A stretch of DNA of 64,000 nt from the human T2T-CHM13v2.0 reference genome, Homo sapiens: assembly GCF_009914755.1 (NCBI RefSeq), contig NC_060928.1; one strand, 5' to 3'. The notes beneath the pieces were generated by a model. That model had not been told where the DNA came from and ran no database searches. It saw nothing but the letters and a program-made list of their open reading frames with translations. The position numbers and the translations under genes are program-made. This document shows positions 57,603-64,000 of the stretch, piece after piece; positions within the stretch are counted from its first letter, which is position 1; the number at the start of each line of letters is the position of its first letter.

Positions 57603-59177
57603 TGTTTCTAGAATTCATATTCAGTTTTCAAATAAATAGGATATTCCAAATTTTATTCATTTAGAAATGAATAGAATTATAAGACTAAAAGAAAAGAGAA
57701 GTGTACATAATACTGTATTATAGTTGATAAAGTTTTACATGAGGTACAGATGAACAAGTCTGAAATAGGTGTACATATATTTGGAATTGAACAGGTAAGT
57801 AAATGCGTAACAGATGATGGGAGCGAGGTTTCTCACTGTTGAAGTTGGAGGTTACAGACCAGCAAGGACAGCAGTCTAGAATGACTGAAGCCATATAAGA
57901 TTCATCTAGAGACAACAGTTTGAACTTCATATAAATAAAAGTGGTTACATAGGGAAATCAGTACAGATATGTATATATACACAGGTTCATACACACACAC
58001 AAATTTCCTTGCTCTGTCAGTTGGGGAAACCTAGAAAGAACAACACCACAGCAGCAAAGAATATACGAAGTGACTAGATCTTGATTTCTAATACCATTCT
58101 CCAATGAAAGAAACTAGAAATCCTTTGAGAAATGGCTTATTTAAAGACTCTGGCAGTAGATATAAATGATCCAGGAGCAATTTATAGTACCAGAAAATAG
58201 GTAGTGCTAAATTTTTTTAAAAAACCACATACATAATAGTAAGAACCTAGAAGCTTTCCCACTAAGATCAGGAACAAGGTAAGGATGTCCTCTCTTAGAA
58301 CTGCTTTGCAACATTATACTGGAAGTGTTAACTAAGGCACCAAGACAAGAAAAATAGATAAAGGGTATATGGAGTTGGTAAGAAAAATAAAATAACATTA
58401 TCTTTGTCTGCAGATGATACTTGTCTATGTAGAAATCCTAAAAAAAATCTAAAAAACACTCTTGGAAATATAAGCCATTATAGAAAGCTTGCAGGATATA
58501 AGGTTAATATACAAAAGTCAATCAATTTCCTACATACCTACAATTAACAAGTGGAATTTGAAATTAGAAACACATTTGTGTTATTACCCGCTCAACATGA
58601 ATGCTTAGTTATAAATCCAACAAATTATATTGAAGATATATATGTGAAAAACTACAAAACTCTACTGAAATAAATAAAAGAAAAACTGAATAAATGGAGA
58701 GAGGTTTTGTGGTCATGGATAAGAAGACTCAATCTTATCAAAATATCACTTCTTCCCAACTTGATCTATAAATTCAATGCAATCCCAGTAAAAAATTTCA
58801 GCAATTTCTTTTGCAGTTATCAACAAACTGATTCTAAACGTAATATAAGGAAGCCAAACCCAAATAGCAAACACAGTATTAAAGGAGACGAACAAAGTTG
58901 GGGGACTGACGCTACCTAATTTTGAGACTTACCATAAAGTAAGCACGGTAATCAAGATACTGCGTACTAGTGAAGAGTTAACAAATGATTCAAAGTAACA
59001 GGACAGAGGGCAAAGAAAGTGACCCACATAAGTAGACTCAACAGATCTTTACAAAGGAGCAAAGGCAATAAAAGGAACCAAAGACAGATTTTTTTTTCAA
59101 CAATTGTTACATGTGCTAGAACAATTTGACATCTAAATGCCAAAGAAAAAGCATTTAGATAGAGACCTTTTTTTTTT

Positions 59178-59545
59178 CCTACTGATTTGAAATTACACTG
59201 TAAAGCTATTATAATCCCAATTATATGGTACTGGCATGAAAACACACATGGAACAAAATACGAATCCCAGAAATAAACCCAAGTATATAATAAGGTCAAC
59301 TAAACTTTGGCAAAAGTATCAAGCATACACATAGACATAGGATAATGTCTTCAATAAATGATCCTGGGAACACTGGATATCCACAAACAAAAAAACTTAA
59401 ATTGGATTTTGATCTTTGCTCCATACACACACACACACAAAACCCAACTCAAAATGGAGCAATGACTCAAAAGTAAGATCTGAAACCGTGTAACTCCCAG
59501 AAGAAAACCTAGGGCAAAAGCTCCATGACATTGGTCTTGGCAATG
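59178..59545 (+). mobile_element. L1MA/MB-like ORF2 fragment from a different L1 copy (candidate 3'-transduced flank)
   Basis: Overlaps the ORF2 interval already present at ~58910-59150 but differs in sequence; bounded by T-tracts. Confidence 0.7.
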
Positions 59546-59685
59546 TTTTTTTGCTTGTTTGTTTGTTTTGTTTTATTTTTGAATTTTGATTCAGGTGGTA
59601 CATGTGCAGGTTTGTTACATGGATATATTGTGTAATGCTGGGGTTTGGGCTTCTATTTAACCTGTCACCAAAATAGTGAACATAG

Positions 59686-60678
59686 TTCCAGAGGCGTTTG
59701 AACCAGACCTATTCCACTTTGAGTGAGGGCTAGAAAAATAAGGCTGGGACTTGCTGGGCTGTATTCTCAGAAAATTAGACATCCCTAGCCTCCAAATGTT
59801 TACGGTTAAGGGAACAATTAGTAATGTTTAGTGAACAGACCCAGATTTGGAAGTGTCCAAATATCCTGATATCTGGAGAACAAAGGCATTCCTAATTTTG
59901 CTTTAAAGATAATAATATTGATTCCTTCAAAATATAGTAATTAAGAAAATTAATCCTTTATCACAAACTAGTGTAGCAGAGCACATCTCCCATATAAACA
60001 AGCATTGTGGCTAGGGTGGATGTGTTTCTCCTCTTACTTTCAGGAACATCCTACTCTGTCTATGAAGTAGCTCTTCCTTCACCACTTTACTTTCTTTTTT
60101 ATTATTGTTATTATTATTATAGTTTAAGTTCTGGGATACATGTGCAGAATGTGCCAGTTTGTTACGTAGGTATACATGTGCCATGGTGGTTTGCTGCACC
60201 CATCAACCTGTCAACTACATTAGGTATTTCTCCTAATGCTATCCCTTCCCTAGACCCCCACCCCTTGACAGGCCCCCGTGTGTGATGTTCCCCTCCCTGA
60301 GTCCATGTGTTCTCATTGTTCAGCACCCACTTATGAGTGAGAACATGCAGTGTTTGGTTTTCTGTTCTTGTGTTAGTTTACTGAGAATGACAGTTTCCAG
60401 CTTCATCCATGTCCCTGCAAAGGACATGAACTCATCCTTTTTTATGGCTGCATAGTATTCCATGATGTGTATATGTGCCACATTTTCTTTATCCAGTCTA
60501 TCATTGATGGGCATTTGAGTTGGTTCCATATCTTTGCTATTGTGAACAGTGCTGCAGTAAATATACTTTCTTAATAAACTTACTTTTACTTTGCACTGCA
60601 GACTGGCCTGAATTCCTTCTTGCACAAGATCCAAGAAGCATCCCCTGGGGTCTGGATTGGGACCCCTTTCCTGTAACA
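59686..60678 (+). mobile_element. MER41 (C/D-like) ERV1 solo LTR
   Basis: CAGAGGCGTTTGAACCAGA...GGGACCCCTTTCCTGTAACA; TSD ATAG (59682-59685 / 60679-60682). Confidence 0.88.
60097..60563 (-). mobile_element. 5'-truncated L1PA (L1PA7/8-like) inserted in MER41
   Basis: L1PA 3' UTR and ORF2 end ([30 protein letters not shown]); TSD TACTTTCTT (60088-60096 / 60564-60572). Confidence 0.92.
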
Positions 60679-61388
60679 ATAGCACACAATTTGTAGTTTT
60701 ACAGTTCTTTACCCCTTTCTTTTATTCCCACTTTTGGAGTCACCTGAGTTTATTTTCTCCATCTTCATACAGATACAGACCTTGTATTCTTCACAAAAAT
60801 TAAACCCCAAATAGATCATAGACCTCAACATAACATGCAAAACTATAAAACATCTAGAAAATAACATAGAAGAAAATCTAGATGACCTCAGGTTTGATGA
60901 TGTCTTCTGAGACCCAACACCAAAGGCATGATTCATAAAAGAAAAAATAATAATTAAGACTTCATAAAAATTAAAATTTCTGCTCTGTGAAAGACATGGT
61001 CAAGCAAATAAGATGAGACACAGACTGGGAGAAAATATTTTCAAAATATGAATCTGATGAAGGATAATTTTCCAAAATATATAAAAAACATGTAAAATTC
61101 AACAAATTAAAAAGAAATCTGATTAAAAAATTGGCCAAAGACTTTAACGAAGACCTCAATTAAGAAGACATACATATGGAAAATTAACATATGAAAAGAA
61201 GCTTCACATCATTTTCCATTAAGAAAATGCAAATTAAAACAAGATACTATTTATACCTATTAGAATGGTGAAAATCCAGAGCACTAACATCAAATGCTGG
61301 TGAGGATCTGGGGTAAAGAGAAACTGTTGTTGATTGCTAAGGGAGATGCAAAATGGTACAGCTACCTTGGAAGACAGTTTGGGAATTT

Positions 61389-61684
<296 letters not shown>

Positions 61685-64000
61685 AGCTTGGGAATTTATA
61701 AACAAAATGAAACATATTCTTAGCATGCTGGGTTGCATTCCTTGGTATTTACTCAAAGAACTTGAAAACCTGTGTCCACACAAAAACTGGCACATGGATA
61801 TTTAAAACAGTTTTATTTATAGCTGACAATGCTTGAAAGCACTCAAGATGTCCTTCAGTAGATAAATGGATAAATAAATGGTGGTACATTCAATTCACAT
61901 TAAATTCACAATAAATTCACATTATTTCATGCTAAAAGGAAAGGAACTATTAAGCCATGAAAATACATGGAAAAAAAAACTTGCATGCCTATGTCTAAGT
62001 TAAAGAAGCTAATCTAAAAAGGTTACATAATGCACGGTTCTAACAATATAACATTATGGAAAAGGCAAAACTGTGGAGTCAGTAAAAAGATCAATGATTG
62101 CTAGCAGTTAGGTGGCAGGAAGAGATGAATAGGTAGAGTACTGACGATTTTTAGGGCAGTGAAATTATTCTGTATGATCCTATGATGGTGAGTACATGCC
62201 ATTATACATTTGTCCAAGCCTATGAAATGTAAAACACTGAGAATGAGCCCTAATGTAAACTATGGACTTTGGGTGATAATAATATATAAAAGAAGGTTCA
62301 TCTATTGTAAAAAATGTACCACTTTGGTAGGAATGTTGTTAATGGGGGATGCTATGCATGTGTTGGGGCAGAAGGTATATGGGAAATCTCTGTACCTTCC
62401 TCTCAATATTGCTTTAAACATAACTGATCTAAAAAAGTCTTTAAAAAACAAAACAGCGATGGAGGTATGTTAAAGACACACAGATGCCAAATGAAAGAAC
62501 TTCCAATTGCCAAATCTAGAAAATTTTGAGCAAGAAAATAAAGAAGTATTGAGCCATAATCCAAATATAAAACACATATCTGTGTATCCAGATTAATATG
62601 AATAAATGATTGAAGAAACAAATAAATGGGGAAGAATACACAAATCTCCCAGGCAGAAGACTTCCAAATAATTTATGAAGATACTTCACCCTCAAGGAGG
62701 TAGACTATAACTGCCCACTCCTTAAGGGTGGGCTGTGTGTAGGCACTACTTTCTAAAAATTTCAGTATGGAAAAGAGAAAAAGAGAGTAACTTTACACTG
62801 GAGAAATTTGACATATTCTATCTCAGCCAAGGTGTTGAAGTTTAACATTAACAGTGATAAGTCATATTGATAGTATGCACCTTTGACATGATGTAAGGAG
62901 ACAAGCATTTTACCCCTGTGGTCTTCCTCCCCAGAACCCATTACACTAGATCTAACCAGTCTCAAGGAACATTCTATGAAATACATGAGTCATACTCCTT
63001 AAAATTGTTAAGAGCATTAAATACAAGCCTGAGAAAAGGTTACAGTCAAGAGGAGTCTAAGGAACATGATGATGAAATATAATATGGCATCCTACATGAA
63101 ATCCTGGAGCAAAGAAAGAATGGTAGGTGCCAAGTAAAGAAATCTGAAGAGCATATGGACTTTACCTCATAATAATGTATCAGTATTCCTTCATTAATTG
63201 TGACTAATGCTCCATACTACTGTAGGATGTTGACAAGAGGGGAAAGTGAGTGTGAGGAATATGAAAACTTTCAGTACTATCTGCAAATTTTCTGTAAATT
63301 TAAAAATATTTTAAAATTTAAGAGTTCACAAATACATTAAATATTTAGTCCTGAAACATGAAAATTACCTTTCTTATAGTACATTTCTAGATCCATAAAC
63401 TTGTCAGTAAATATATAGACTTCCAATAGAAGCTGAGGAAAAATATTTTTATTAACGTAAGGGTTGAATATAACAGAACCTGCTGTATAACTTAAAAAAT
63501 AATGTGAGCAAAGTATAAATTTCTTTATACAGCTCAAAAAGATAGGATTAAGTCATTTTGCTACCAGTAAAATGTTCAGTCCCATATCCCAGCAGCACTA
63601 AAGGAGACATCTTATTATCTAGCACCTATTAATCAACTTGGTGGGAAATATACACCAGAAAACATTAGTGTGATGAGGATTTTCTTAAGTACTTTAGAAG
63701 TCATCTTGGTAAAATAAAAATTTTGTTGCACTGCTTGGAGGAAATGACATTTAGATTTCACTGCCATTATCATCAGTGGCAAGTCTTGTTTGGTTTTGTT
63801 GACAATTTATTTTGTTAGAATATTAGTTGTTTTTAGTCTCCTGAAAGGGAAGAAAGATCTATTTTTAGGGAAAAGCCATTTGAGATAGAAATATATATGA
63901 CAAGAGAGATGTACAATCTCAGGTGGAAAACATGTTATTTTGATTTAAAAATTTGCGTAGAAACTGTGCTATTAACTTTGGACATTTCAAATATAATCAT

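Larger units (their letters stand above)
59546..60770 (-). mobile_element. Short 3' end of L1PA15/16- or L1PB-like LINE, split by MER41
   Basis: T-rich tail then GGTACATGTGCAGGTTTGTTACATGG...GTGAACATAG; resumes ATAGCACACAAT after the LTR. Confidence 0.75.

Overview
This is 64 kb of AT-rich, CpG-depleted primate genomic DNA, most likely human or another great ape (it carries an AluY and an L1PA2-like LINE). It is intergenic or deep intronic. I recognise no protein-coding gene, tRNA, rRNA, CRISPR array or prokaryotic feature. A large share of the window is transposable-element sequence: Alu, L1 of many ages, L2, MIR, ERV1/MaLR/ERVL solo LTRs and DNA-transposon MITEs. The only long ORF (30710-32404, minus) is the C-terminal ~524 aa of L1 ORF2p from a 5'-truncated young L1. 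The most notable structures are: (i) seven ERV1 solo LTRs in ~5.2 kb (13.0-18.2 kb), partly nested, that split one L2; (ii) a five-level nest of insertions at 56.5-63.3 kb containing a candidate old L1 3' transduction; (iii) an in-frame, microhomology-bounded deletion removing the RT domain of an L1MA; (iv) a ~115-bp local diverged duplication; and (v) several minus-strand splice-site-bounded segments that could belong to a spliced non-coding transcript. I found no well-supported new biological system. Subfamily names come from recalled consensus sequences and need Dfam/RepeatMasker confirmation. Boundaries without target-site duplications (TSDs) are approximate.
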